Shown: positions 20,669-30,030 of the stretch, piece by piece
Layout of the letters: every line of letters begins with the position of its first letter
Position numbering within the stretch: the first letter of the stretch is position 1
The notes under the pieces: generated by a model
The model's database searches: none
Seen by the model: only the letters and a program-made list of their open reading frames with translations
Told to the model about the DNA's origin: nothing
Position numbers and translations under genes: made by a program
Assembly: GCA_965222075.1 (NCBI GenBank)
Contig: OZ244937.1
Coordinates: 3,424,001-3,488,000 of the forward strand
From: Candidatus Latescibacterota bacterium
GTDB taxonomy: Bacteria; Latescibacterota; UBA2968; GCA-2709665
Direction: 5' to 3'
DNA: 64,000 nt

Positions 20669-21595
20669 ATGTCGATGGCATCTCAGAGCGCAGTGGTCGA
20701 GAAGCTGGATGGGGAAGATGGATCTGTTGAACTTCCCTGCCGGGTGCTGGGCAAGACGGGCGAGCGCGTGCCGATCCTGGGGTACGGCACAGCGCCTGGC
20801 GGTATGGGGTTGAGCGATGAAGAGGCGATTGCGCTGATTCACAGGGCGATTGACCTGGGAGTTACCTGTATGGACACGGCACCGGGGTACGGACGAGCGC
20901 ATGTGCAGCTGGGGACGGTGATGGCAGAGCGGCGTGAGGAGGTCTTTCTGGTGACCAAGACGGGTGCGGATGATGCGGAAAAGGCGCTGGAGATCCTGGA
21001 GCAGAGTCTGAAAGATCTGCAGACCGAGCAGGTGGATCTGACCTACGTCCACTCCCTGGGCAACCGGGATGTGGACCGGGTGCTGGCTGTGGATGGGTCT
21101 CTGGCGGGCCTCCGAGAGGCGCAGCGGCGAGGGTGGACGCGTTATGTGGGGTTTTCGGCGCACAATACGCCCTGGAAGGCGGCCAGGGCGCTTGAGGAGG
21201 CGGATGTGGATGTGGTGATGCTGGCGATGAATCTTGCGGACCGGCACACGTACAATTTTGAAGAAGCGGTCCTGCCCCTGGCCCGCGAGCGTGGGGTGGG
21301 GGTGGTGGCGATGAAGGTCTACGGCGGGGCGCTGGAGATGAAATACGACCGTCCGACCCCTTCGGCGCTGGCAGCACACGGCGCACACGACCACCAGGCT
21401 GCCCTGAATTATGCGCTGGGCCTGCCGGGGGTGGCAACGGCGGTTGTGGGGGTGTATACCGGGGCGGAGTTGATCCAGAACCTCGAATGGGCTCGAAATC
21501 ACACGCCCCTGTTCGCTGAAGCGGAAGCCGGGCTGGAGAAGCTGGGCAGGGAGATTGCCGCCGACTGGGGGGCGCACTACGGCTCGGTACGATAG
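20669..21595 (+). CDS. Aldo/keto reductase
   Basis: DTAPGYG, FLVTK, YVGFSAH and AMKVYGGG motifs. Confidence 0.9.
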   Translation: MSMASQSAVVEKLDGEDGSVELPCRVLGKTGERVPILGYGTAPGGMGLSDEEAIALIHRAIDLGVTCMDTAPGYGRAHVQLGTVMAERREEVFLVTKTGADDAEKALEILEQSLKDLQTEQVDLTYVHSLGNRDVDRVLAVDGSLAGLREAQRRGWTRYVGFSAHNTPWKAARALEEADVDVVMLAMNLADRHTYNFEEAVLPLARERGVGVVAMKVYGGALEMKYDRPTPSALAAHGAHDHQAALNYALGLPGVATAVVGVYTGAELIQNLEWARNHTPLFAEAEAGLEKLGREIAADWGAHYGSVR

Positions 21596-21648
21596 AAGCT
21601 GCTGCTTCGGAGTGTAAGTGCTGCTCAACTTTCGTAGTAACACATTCT

Positions 21649-22089
21649 TCAGCAGCAACTTCTCAGAGATTCGGCGCTCCATCGCTCTTTCGGTGGATAC
21701 CACCGTCCCTGACCGAGCAACTGGTCTACCACCGCCGCAAATTCTGCTGTCATGGCTTCTCGGAAGATGCGAGATTTCCTCACGGATCGGCTGACTCCTC
21801 CCGGGTACTTTCGCCAGGTCGCAGGGGCATCCCGCTGTACGCCCTCCATCTCCAGCCGACGCCAGATCGTTGATTCCATCTCTGCGGCGTCTTCGGCCGT
21901 AAACGCGCGCACCTTGACGTAGCCCCGGGTGCAGAGCTGCTCAAGGTCCTGTTCGTTCAGTGGTCCGTCAGTCGGCGATGTGTTATTTGTCTCTGAGCGA
22001 AAGGATTCCAAATACTTCCCCCGGACACCAGGACCGAGATCTCCACGGCGATATCCTGGACGCAGCTCGTCTGGATCAGCCTTCTTCAT
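21649..22089 (-). pseudogene. Chimera of a BrnA-like antitoxin 5' fragment and a truncated PhyH-like dioxygenase N-terminus
   Basis: First ~100 bp are near-identical to the 5' part of 28459-28686; then LNEQDLEQLCTRGYVKVRAF...DAPATW, which ends abruptly. Confidence 0.6.
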
Positions 22090-22142
22090 AGATTCTCCTG
22101 TTGACGTCCACTGCCTGTAGCGCCTTGGCAGACGGCGTTGTC

Positions 22143-22397
22143 TTACAAAGACTGCAGCATGGCTTCAGCTCCGATTTCCGCTCGCTCTACCTCGTAACCT
22201 GCCGATTTCACATTTGCGATGGCTGAACGAATAGCTGCTTCCAGGGAGTCCCCCTCTCGGTGAAAATCAATCGAGAACACACCGTTGCAGATCCCTGGTG
22301 TTCCATCGTCACAACCGGCCTCGAACAATTCGTCTGCAATCTCTTCGGTCAGCTCGAATTGTCCTTTGAGAATCAAGGTAAAACCATATTTGGTCAT
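22143..22397 (-). CDS. Putative antitoxin (HicB-like)
   Basis: ELFEAGCDDGT...FHREGDSLEAAIRSA; downstream of a HicA-like gene. Confidence 0.6.
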   Translation of the reverse strand: MTKYGFTLILKGQFELTEEIADELFEAGCDDGTPGICNGVFSIDFHREGDSLEAAIRSAIANVKSAGYEVERAEIGAEAMLQSL

Positions 22398-22423
22398 TGG
22401 GCTTAACCTTTCCAATTTACAGT

Positions 22424-22654
22424 CTACAACATGTGATGCGGGCAACGGTCAATAGCCCGACGGATGTCTTTGGCATGGTCTTCAGGACTCTTTGGGGTTG
22501 AGTATACAGCTCTCGCACAGCCAGTCTGATCGCTCAGTGGGCAATACAAGCGGCCCCAGGTGTGGGCACGTGGTCCCGCTTTCCGAACCGTCCAGCCATG
22601 GTCTAATGCGTAAGCAATGGCTGCACGAATATGCTTATTGGGATGATCTGACAC
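22424..22654 (-). CDS. Putative HicA-like toxin
   Basis: HPNKHIRAAIAYA..GWTV...HTWG...STP. Confidence 0.6.
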   Translation of the reverse strand: MSDHPNKHIRAAIAYALDHGWTVRKAGPRAHTWGRLYCPLSDQTGCARAVYSTPKSPEDHAKDIRRAIDRCPHHML

Positions 22655-22746
22655 TGGATTCTTATAACGTCATTTATGTTTTGGCTTGATTTCTTCGTGC
22701 GCGATTTGTTGAAGTGGGGTCTGAGAGCTTTTTTTGCGCCAGTTTT

Positions 22747-22829
22747 GCATAACGTTTCTCCGGTTTGCGAACCGCGCAGCGGTTGCGCGGAGGGGCGGAT
22801 GCCCCGTAGCCGGGGGCACGGTGTTACAG
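22747..22829 (-). other. attC site 1
   Basis: GCATAAC...GTTACAG; arms partly mismatched. Confidence 0.7.
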
Positions 22830-22900
22830 GATGTGCCAGTTCAGGATATTGGGCTCCCAGCTTGCTACGGACGGCAAGACCGCTACATAAAAGATACCAC

Positions 22901-23680
22901 TCAGTTTCGATCTATCCCTAATATTGCAGGTAGGTCAGCCAATGAAGTAATTTCGTGGTCAGCTTTGATCTCAGTGTCGTTCATCAGACCTTCACGATTC
23001 AGCCAGACCGCATGCGCTCCGGCCTCACGCGCTCCGGCAACATCGTTTTCCAGGGAATCCCCCACGTGTAATAGCTGCTCCAGCGGACAGCACGCCCTCC
23101 GTGCGGTGATCTGGAAGATGCGTCGATCGGGCTTCTCAACACGCACATCCTGGGAAAGGACAGCAAAGACAAACCGGCCCTCAAGCCCACAGCGGTCGGG
23201 GTAACTATTCCCATTGGACAAAAGTCCGATCTTGAAATGAGGCGCTAGAATGTCAAGAGCAGGCAAGACATCCTGATACAACTCAATATCTTCGAAACGA
23301 TGCTTCAGATATATCTCATTCAAATGAACAGCCAGACTGCGGTCCTCACAGCCAACGCGTTCAAGCGTCCTCTCAAATGCAAGTCGTCTGATCTCCTCAA
23401 GATTCCAGGTCTTGCCCTTCACTTCCTCGGCAAGCCGATTGCGAATCACAATCATTTCGTCCACCGTAAGGGCCACAGCTCGCTCTGCCGGAACGTGCCT
23501 ACGCAGTTCCACTAACGTGTGCTTTAGTGAATGTCTCATGACCTTCTGAAAATCCCACAAAGTCATGTCGCCATCAAAAGAGATCGCTGAAATTCGCAAG
23601 GTACTCGCCTCCACTAAATGGACAAAGATGCCTCGGCGTATGATGACGACGGTTCTGCCGCTTCCAGAGCTGGGTGGCAC
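22901..23680 (-). CDS. HAD family hydrolase (cassette)
   Basis: FDGDMTL, LSNG, KPD, HVGDSLENDV; true start may be GTG 23614. Confidence 0.88.
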   Translation of the reverse strand: MPPSSGSGRTVVIIRRGIFVHLVEASTLRISAISFDGDMTLWDFQKVMRHSLKHTLVELRRHVPAERAVALTVDEMIVIRNRLAEEVKGKTWNLEEIRRLAFERTLERVGCEDRSLAVHLNEIYLKHRFEDIELYQDVLPALDILAPHFKIGLLSNGNSYPDRCGLEGRFVFAVLSQDVRVEKPDRRIFQITARRACCPLEQLLHVGDSLENDVAGAREAGAHAVWLNREGLMNDTEIKADHEITSLADLPAILGIDRN

Positions 23681-23683
23681 TTC

Positions 23684-23804
23684 CTATAACGTTTCGCCGA
23701 TTCGCGAACCCCGAGCTCGGCCGCTGAGCCTGTCGAAGCGTGTCGAAGGGTTGCCCTTAGGGCCAAGGCGCGAATGCGCCGCAGCGCAAAACGTGATGTT
23801 AACT
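23684..23804 (-). other. attC site 2 (with nested hairpin insertion)
   Basis: CTATAAC...GTTAACT. Confidence 0.85.
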
Positions 23805-23849
23805 GCTGGCGACCCTTTTTTAGGAAATCCTTCAGTATGCATAGGATCG

Positions 23850-24281
23850 TCAGCTTTCCATTAGGGCTTGTTTGACCCGGTCTGCATATGAATCCAATTC
23901 CTCATCAGGGATACGATCTAGCCACCGTGGATAAACTCTCAATAAACCATCGTCTACTTTTCTAGGATGGATATGAAAATGCACGTGGGGGACTTCCTGG
24001 TGAGCACCTGGCCCATTGCTCTGCCATATGCTTAATCCGTCTAGCTCGAAGGCTTTTCTGACGGTTCGAGAAAGTAAGATCATAGCTTTCATAATCTCAG
24101 ATCCTGTTTCCTCTGACAGGGCATAGATGTCTGGAAAGTGCTCTTTGGGAATGACCAGAATATGCCCAGGGTTTGCTTGCCTTGGATCTATCAGCGCGAT
24201 GACAGAATCCGACTCGTATACCACCCTCGCACTCTTAGTTCCCTCCACGATTTCACAGAAGACACATCTTGATTCATCCAT
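23850..24281 (-). CDS. HIT family protein (cassette)
   Basis: CVFC, GHILVIPK, HVHFHI. Confidence 0.92.
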   Translation of the reverse strand: MDESRCVFCEIVEGTKSARVVYESDSVIALIDPRQANPGHILVIPKEHFPDIYALSEETGSEIMKAMILLSRTVRKAFELDGLSIWQSNGPGAHQEVPHVHFHIHPRKVDDGLLRVYPRWLDRIPDEELDSYADRVKQALMES

Positions 24282-24377
24282 ACATCCTTCACCTTGCTTT
24301 GTGCAAGAGATATAATGACGTACGAAAAGGCTCTCCGCGGTAATGGGTGTGTGCTATTCTTTGGTTTTTTCGCTTGC

Positions 24378-24471
24378 AGTTAACGTTCTGGCCACTTGCG
24401 AACCCGCGCAGCGGGTTGCCGAATGGCCGGAGGGAGCGAACGCGCCGGAGCCGCAGCCCGTCGTGTTATGT
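24378..24471 (-). other. attC site 3
   Basis: AGTTAAC...GTTATGT. Confidence 0.85.
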
Positions 24472-24487
24472 GTAGTTGCAGTCCCGG

Positions 24488-25333
24488 TTATCGCCGGCCT
24501 TGCCATGCATGGCAAGGCCGGAAATGGGCTGATACCTCAAACTTCAATCTGGCTTTCTTCCTGCGAAATGCTAAAGCAGTTTCGTAGTGCTTGGTGATCG
24601 ATCCTCCGTAGTTCTTGTTTATCAGGTCAGCGATACCATCAAATAGGTGCGTGCGATTGAATTCGGGCAGCGCGATGTGGTCAGAATAGGTGCCAATGAG
24701 TTTGATGTACTGTTCCGCAGAATAGTTCGCTGTCCACGCGTACACTCGGTGGATAGGATCGGCAAAAGCGGTAGTTCCGGGTTCTGGGGACTCTGATGTC
24801 GTCGGAGTACTGGGATCCCGAGGGGAATCTGAAACTACATAATGCTTGCTATAAACTTCCTGGACTTCCGCAAAGAAACCTTCGTGTTTTCTTACGTGTT
24901 GGTTGGAGAAGATGGCCAATGATCCCCTGGCCTTCAGGGTGTCACGGGCTTTAATGAATCTGACTCTTGGACTCACCCAGTGGAATGCAGTCGCGGAGAT
25001 CACAAGGTCAAACTTGCTAGCCGAGTCCCAATCTTCGAAAGGACACAGGACGAAGCAAACGTTCTTGTAGTTGTTGAGTCGCGCCCTCGCAACCTCGATC
25101 AAATCTTGGCCAATATCCAAACAGGTCATTTCGCAACCGATGGTGGCAAATAATCTCGAAGCCTGTCCGGTTCCACACCCGACTTCCAGGATTTTTCCGC
25201 TTCTATCCATTCCGGAGAGGTCCAAAACATCCCTGACAAGCTCATCAGGGTATCCGGGCCTCACTTCGTCATAGAGCGAGGCAACGGTATTGAAAGTGGT
25301 TTTGAGATCAGGGCGGGGCATTAGAATTCCCAT
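24488..25333 (-). CDS. Class I SAM-dependent methyltransferase (cassette)
   Basis: LEVGCGTG, SATAFHW. Confidence 0.9.
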   Translation of the reverse strand: MGILMPRPDLKTTFNTVASLYDEVRPGYPDELVRDVLDLSGMDRSGKILEVGCGTGQASRLFATIGCEMTCLDIGQDLIEVARARLNNYKNVCFVLCPFEDWDSASKFDLVISATAFHWVSPRVRFIKARDTLKARGSLAIFSNQHVRKHEGFFAEVQEVYSKHYVVSDSPRDPSTPTTSESPEPGTTAFADPIHRVYAWTANYSAEQYIKLIGTYSDHIALPEFNRTHLFDGIADLINKNYGGSITKHYETALAFRRKKARLKFEVSAHFRPCHAWQGRR

Positions 25334-25383
25334 GATTTGGGTTTAGGCGGCGCAGGGAGGCGTCGCTCTGGGACTACAATTGC

Positions 25384-25468
25384 ACATAACGTCCCGGCTG
25401 TTCCTGAACCGTGTAGCAGTTGGGTCAGAAGGAGCCAAGCGACTGGAGCCAGGAACAGCCTGTTATGT
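25384..25468 (-). other. attC site 4
   Basis: ACATAAC...GTTATGT; GGCTGTTCCTG/CAGGAACAGCC arms. Confidence 0.85.
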
Positions 25469-25534
25469 GTCTGTAGCAGTTTGCGATCGGAAAAGCGATA
25501 GAGAGGCGACCATCACCCTTCTGTTTTGTGTCTT

Positions 25535-26070
25535 TCAGGGTTTTACAGCCTGAGCAAAGAACAGACTCTGAGAATAATCGTCATACACCTTCCACTTAAA
25601 GATTTCAAAACCTGCTGTCTCGACTTCCTGAACCAGACTCTCTGGCAAGCCCCAGAAACGCGTTGCGATTCCATTCTCTATTTTGCATCGGGTCACAGGA
25701 TCAAACGGATAATCTGCATTCTTTGGCTCACCACATTTTGTCATGACGATGAATAACCCCTGAGACTTCAGTACACGATGCACATTCTTCAAGAATGCAA
25801 TGCGATCTTCGCCGATGATACAATGTAGGCAAAGGGCGTCTATGATCACGTCGAAAAACCCATCCTCATACGGCAAATCGAGGACGTTCCCAACTCGGAA
25901 ATCCGCTCTCAAATTCTGTTCCTCACCCTTTTCCTCTGCCCAAGCAATCGCCGTCGGAGAGATATCGATTCCATAGGCTTGAAAGCCCTTCTCCGAAAGG
26001 AGCAAAGAAAGATCGCCGGCACCACATCCTAACTCAAGCAAAGTTCCCGATTCCAACTCCAACTCTCGCA
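25535..26070 (-). pseudogene. SAM methyltransferase cassette gene, 5'-truncated and fused to an IS4 remnant
   Basis: LELGCGAG, GIDIS, FDVIID; native N-terminus missing. Confidence 0.75.
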
Positions 26071-26108
26071 ATACATTGGTCACTTTGCCGAAGTTCCAGG
26101 TCGTCCGA

Positions 26109-26139
26109 CCTGCCTGTGCGTTGCACGCACGCAGACAGG
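26109..26139 (+). repeat. CCTG..CAGG mini-palindrome (31 bp)
   Basis: cctgcctgtgcgttgcacgcacgcagacagg at GA^T. Confidence 0.9.
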
Positions 26140-26178
26140 TCAAGCGAGATGGTGAAGTCACACTTGACTGGCAACAGA

Positions 26179-26209
26179 CCTGCCTGTGCGTTGCACGCAC
26201 GCAGACAGG
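26179..26209 (+). repeat. CCTG..CAGG mini-palindrome (31 bp)
   Basis: Identical to 26109-26139, at GA^T. Confidence 0.9.
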
Positions 26210-26375
26210 TGCAAGATCAAGTCGACCACCAGATCATAGGGCAGATGAAATCCACTGAAGAAACGTTGAATCCTGCGATAGTTGGACTTCTGCTTGGCTT
26301 TGCCGTTGAGAACGTTGGCCAGTTTGCTGAAGTTCACTGTTGTCAGTTTGATGAGGGATAGGATGAACGCGCTGA

Positions 26376-26457
26376 CCTGCCTGTGCGTTACCGCACGCTT
26401 GCCTGCGCGCAGCGCGTCTGCCTGTGCCGAAGGCAGACAGGCAAGCAGGCAGACAGG
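26376..26457 (+). repeat. Triple-nested CCTG..CAGG mini-palindromes (30+27+25 bp)
   Basis: Outer 26376-26397 + 26450-26457; middle 26398-26416 + 26442-26449; inner 26417-26441. Confidence 0.85.
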
Positions 26458-26901
26458 TGAATTTCACTCGGGCTTTATGCCAGAGAAAATGCCATTGCAT
26501 TACCTCTTGCAATTGGTTAACTTGGGGAGACATGGACCTGTGCCTTTCTTATGAATGAGTGGTTGGATTGTGGCCAACCCAAACCTAACTCATTTCATCT
26601 AAAAACGCAGGTCTTTTCTATTGAGTGTGTAGGAAATCGCGGGCGCTTTGAAAGGGCCTTCAGACAGCATAAATGCCTGCTCGACATTTCCCAAATCCCA
26701 TTTTGGCCCCTGAGGCTGCTCATTGAGACCAAACATCGAGGATACTTTAAATGTTTGGCCTGAAAAGCAAGAAAATTCACGATAACAAATTTCGTAAGTG
26801 ATTTTTTTTCAGACTGTTATTTCGCCTGTAAAATCCTACACACTCTTTTCTATTTTGTCGTGTACCTTGATCCGGTCCATAAATCCCAAAACTGCCATGG
26901 C

Positions 26902-27006
26902 ACATAACGTTCTGGCCACTTGCGAACCCGCCGAGCACAGCGAAGGTGGGTTGCCGCTAGGCCGAAGGGAGCGAATGCGACCGAAGCGCAAGTGGACGTG
27001 TTACAC
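26902..27006 (-). other. attC site 5
   Basis: ACATAAC...GTTACAC; CCACTTGCG/CGCAAGTGG arms. Confidence 0.88.
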
Positions 27007-27067
27007 GCCGGCGCCTTGATAGCGAAGCTCATTTGGCGCAGGAGTTGCGCACCCGGCATCTCGCCAA

Positions 27068-27772
27068 TCAATCCCCAGCCAGCAGGAATCCGATCCGCCA
27101 TCTACCTTTGAGATACTCGAACTGGGCACGGTAGCCGATGGGGCTTCTACAATCTGAGGCCAAAACGTAACCAGAAACTCCATCCAAGGTCGTGACCCTC
27201 TTCCATTCTCTTCCGGCCTTGTCTCGCGGATTCGGCTCGTTCACATCTTTGACGATTTCGTAGCTCAGAGTATCAATTGCCGCTGAACTTAGGCTCATCT
27301 CGGGCCGCAGTGGAGCAGCCTCTGACTTGATAGCCGAATAGAAATAGGCGTCGTAAGCGTCTGGCCATCGAGAAAAGAAGTATGGAATTATGAAAACTGT
27401 GCAGCTGTCATTCTCACACGTCGCGCCAAGTGCCAGCAATTCCTCTAGGGTGCTCCACAACCTAGACTTCTTTGGCTTCGATCTCAGGTTCCAGTAATCG
27501 AGAAACCCTTCCCTTCCGAATCGTCCTCCGTAACTAACGTGAATATCTGGTTTCAGATGATCTAGGACAAAATCGAGGTCTTTCCGCTCAACGGCTGAGG
27601 CCAACTCTGAGCGAAAGTTACCGAAGGAGTCGCTGAGATAAGTTTCGTCAATCGGTAGCAGTCGAGTAACACCCGTACCTGCCAGGAGACTCAAGGGTAG
27701 GGCTATAACCAGGAACGTAGCTCTGAGTATCATGTCAAATCGTTGGTGCGAAGGTAGTTGGTTTGTCTTCAT
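27068..27772 (-). CDS. Secreted hypothetical protein with SH3-like C-terminus (cassette)
   Basis: Signal-like hydrophobic stretch; WKRVTTLDGVSGYV...SPIGYRA. Confidence 0.7.
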   Translation of the reverse strand: MKTNQLPSHQRFDMILRATFLVIALPLSLLAGTGVTRLLPIDETYLSDSFGNFRSELASAVERKDLDFVLDHLKPDIHVSYGGRFGREGFLDYWNLRSKPKKSRLWSTLEELLALGATCENDSCTVFIIPYFFSRWPDAYDAYFYSAIKSEAAPLRPEMSLSSAAIDTLSYEIVKDVNEPNPRDKAGREWKRVTTLDGVSGYVLASDCRSPIGYRAQFEYLKGRWRIGFLLAGD

Positions 27773-27807
27773 ACACCTGTCGGGTGCCTCCGACTTCCGA
27801 CGCTGGC

Positions 27808-27889
27808 GTGTAACGTTTCAGTGCCCCCGAACCGCGAAGCGGTTGGGCGAAGGGCCGAATGGCCCGAAGCCGGGGGCACAATGTTAGGC
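27808..27889 (-). other. attC site 6
   Basis: GTGTAAC...GTTAGGC; GTGCCCCCG/CGGGGGCAC arms. Confidence 0.9.
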
Positions 27890-27899
27890 GAAGTCTCCG

Positions 27900-28328
27900 T
27901 TACTGAAAGCGGACCACGCATTTGTATCGTTGAACACCCGGATATTTCTCGCCGAGAGGTTCTATTTCAAATCCACATGATCTGTAGAAGCCAACGGCAT
28001 CGTCGTCAGTTTCTGCCTCTAACTGGCCAAACCTCAGATCGTCACGAACGAACGCAATCAGTCTCCGTCCTATGCCTACACCCCTCCATTCAGGATGAAC
28101 GGCGATGTGGGTGATGATACACCGGCTTCGATCGGATGAATCCAAACGTACGATTCCAACGGGCGCGTCCTCGCATCTGGCAACCCATAACGTCGTGAGG
28201 GAGTTCGAAGTGCAAGACTGCATGAGCTCTCCAATAGCAGCCTCTGTGGGTGCACCAACGGACTCGGCAAGAATACTCGCCACATCCTTTGCGTCCGACT
28301 CATCAGCATGAAAACGATGGATCTGCAT
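27900..28328 (-). CDS. GNAT acetyltransferase (cassette)
   Basis: IAVHPEWRGVGIG, AETDDDAVGFYRSCGF. Confidence 0.9.
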   Translation of the reverse strand: MQIHRFHADESDAKDVASILAESVGAPTEAAIGELMQSCTSNSLTTLWVARCEDAPVGIVRLDSSDRSRCIITHIAVHPEWRGVGIGRRLIAFVRDDLRFGQLEAETDDDAVGFYRSCGFEIEPLGEKYPGVQRYKCVVRFQ

Positions 28329-28340
28329 CTTGGAAATGTC

Positions 28341-28430
28341 GCCTAACGTCTCATGATTTGCGAACTCGCGAAGCGGGTTGCCGAAGGCCAAGGCGCGATC
28401 AGCGCCGCAGCGCAAATCGCTGTGTTACAG
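28341..28430 (-). other. attC site 7
   Basis: GCCTAAC...GTTACAG. Confidence 0.9.
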
Positions 28431-28458
28431 GAAGAGAGAAAGATACAGCCTGTGTATG

Positions 28459-28686
28459 TCAACTGGTGCTCTTGGTAGAGTCCTCCGGTCCCTCTGCCGC
28501 GTCCATAAACGACCGAAGAGCATTGTTTACGGCCTCGTCCGTGGGAAATGCCTTCGCAACGTCTGGGTGGAGTAGAACCAAATTTGTCCCTGAGCAAAAG
28601 GATTCCAAATACTTACCCCGGACACCAGGACCGAGATCTCCACGGCGATATTCTGGACGCAGTTCGTCTGGATCAGCCTTCTTCAT
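28459..28686 (-). CDS. BrnA-like antitoxin
   Basis: ELRPEY...VRGKY...PDVAKAFP..EAVNNALR; overlaps the toxin stop. Confidence 0.8.
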   Translation of the reverse strand: MKKADPDELRPEYRRGDLGPGVRGKYLESFCSGTNLVLLHPDVAKAFPTDEAVNNALRSFMDAAEGPEDSTKSTS

Positions 28687-28945
28687 AGATCCTCCTTTCC
28701 TGACGCGTCATTAAACGTGCACTGATTATTCTCGTCTTTCCGGCTCGTTGGGTATGCAAGATGACTACCAATCGATTCAATCTCGACAGGCCAAAAGTAA
28801 GATATCGTTCTTCATCCACCGAGTGATCGGGATCGGGGAAGGTTATTGCCAGCGGGTCCCCAAAAACAGTGGCCCCTTCGTGAAAACTGAGGTCGTGTTT
28901 TCGCTCGTTCGCTTTGGCTTTTTCTGAATCCCATTCAAATTCCAT
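28673..28945 (-). CDS. brnT: BrnT family toxin
   Basis: MEFEWDSEKAKANERKH..F...RIISAR. Confidence 0.92.
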   Translation of the reverse strand: MEFEWDSEKAKANERKHDLSFHEGATVFGDPLAITFPDPDHSVDEERYLTFGLSRLNRLVVILHTQRAGKTRIISARLMTRQERRIYEEG

Positions 28946-29026
28946 CAGTTGACGGCTTCCTCATCAATAACAGTAGCCCCAGTGTTTTATTATCCCACAG
29001 CAAAAGCGATTCTCTGTTCTCTTTTC

Positions 29027-29101
29027 CTGTAACGTCTGCCGGTTTGCAAACCTGCGAAGCGGGTTGCCAGAAGGGCCAAGGCGCGAAACGTGCTGTTATG
29101 G
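29027..29101 (-). other. attC site 8 (shortened)
   Basis: CTGTAAC...GTTATGG; one arm partly deleted. Confidence 0.75.
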
Positions 29102-29156
29102 GCCGTGGCACGCAATAGCCTCATCGAAAGTTCATGAGGTGGTGGGTAACACGTCT

Positions 29157-29366
29157 CTAATCATGTAAGATCTCACCCGCCAATGGAGGGCGTACTGCTG
29201 AATCTTCCAGAGTCAGAACCGCAATGGTGGTGCCCTGAGTATCCACGAACTCTACCTCCGACGCCTCGTCGTCCGCATATCTATGTACCACTGTGCCCAC
29301 ATCTCCGGCCACCAGACCGTGCTCTACAATCGACTCCTTGAGAACCACCAGATCCAATTCAGCCAT
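29157..29366 (-). CDS. DUF4926 domain protein (putative antitoxin/immunity)
   Basis: ELDLVVL...GLVAGDVGTVV...EVEFVD..G.T. Confidence 0.8.
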   Translation of the reverse strand: MAELDLVVLKESIVEHGLVAGDVGTVVHRYADDEASEVEFVDTQGTTIAVLTLEDSAVRPPLAGEILHD

Positions 29367-29381
29367 TTCAATCCTCCTTGA

Positions 29382-29714
29382 TCAAGCTGGATAGGCTGTC
29401 ACCAGACGAGGCCTATCTGAACCAGGTTCAACAATCCAGACCGTCCGAATCCGAACACTCGAACCCGATGGGGTTTTCACACGACCATCCAAAATATACT
29501 TGGTGCCATGACGTGTCTGTATAACTTCGGAGACCTGCTCATTGCGCGCAATGGATGCTAAATCAGCTTTGAGGACAGAGGGGTCCTCCTGCCCATACCC
29601 AACACCACGGAAGAATCTCGCCTTTGCTCGACCTACGGCATGTATATCGGAAAGCAGATATTGCTCGACTTTCTCAGTAGGTATCGCCACATTTATTCCG
29701 TTAGGCAACTTCAT
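29382..29714 (-). CDS. DUF6883-like protein (putative toxin)
   Basis: KVEQYLLS..H..GRAKARFF...TVWI...PRLVTAYP. Confidence 0.75.
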   Translation of the reverse strand: MKLPNGINVAIPTEKVEQYLLSDIHAVGRAKARFFRGVGYGQEDPSVLKADLASIARNEQVSEVIQTRHGTKYILDGRVKTPSGSSVRIRTVWIVEPGSDRPRLVTAYPA

Positions 29715-29757
29715 AGAATCAGTATTTGTGAATCAGATCCAATTTTCACGCCAGGGC

Positions 29758-29850
29758 CCATAACATTTCGCCGGTTTGCGAACCTGCGAAGCAGGTTGCC
29801 CGAAGGGCCAAGCTGCCGCAGGCGGCGCAGCGCAAACCGCTGTGTTCTGG
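29758..29850 (-). other. attC site 9
   Basis: CCATAAC...GTTCTGG. Confidence 0.85.
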
Positions 29851-30030
29851 GAAATTGGAATCCACTTGAAAATATGTCTAAATTCCTGCGCAATAAGTGT
29901 CAAGGCGTTGAACCGTGGCTATCGCGATATGCTGCCCAACTACGGTTTCATCGTCATTCCTGCCCCTCAGGCTATGCATAAGGGCGTCTGCGCAATCACT
30001 TGTTTGGTGACAAAACCGGAAAAACAAACA

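Larger units (their letters stand above)
26071..26869 (-). mobile_element. Truncated IS4-family element (transposase N-terminus 26533-26071) with palindrome insertions
   Basis: After removing the inserts: WHKARVKFISAFIL...SNYRRIQRFF...ISLDRTTWNFG. End resembles an IS4 IR (CAAGGTACACGACAAAA). Confidence 0.75.

Noticed and set aside
22111-22135. Degenerate mini-palindrome (ctgcctgtag...ggcagacgg)
   Set aside because: Ends are imperfect and no empty site is available, so it was not counted.
22662-22724. Additional attC (TTATAAC...GTTGAAG)
   Set aside because: No convincing internal palindrome; at most a decayed site.
26109-26209. CRISPR array (two identical 31 bp repeats 39 bp apart)
   Set aside because: The apparent spacer is contiguous transposase coding sequence, there are no cas genes, and the other copies are dispersed.
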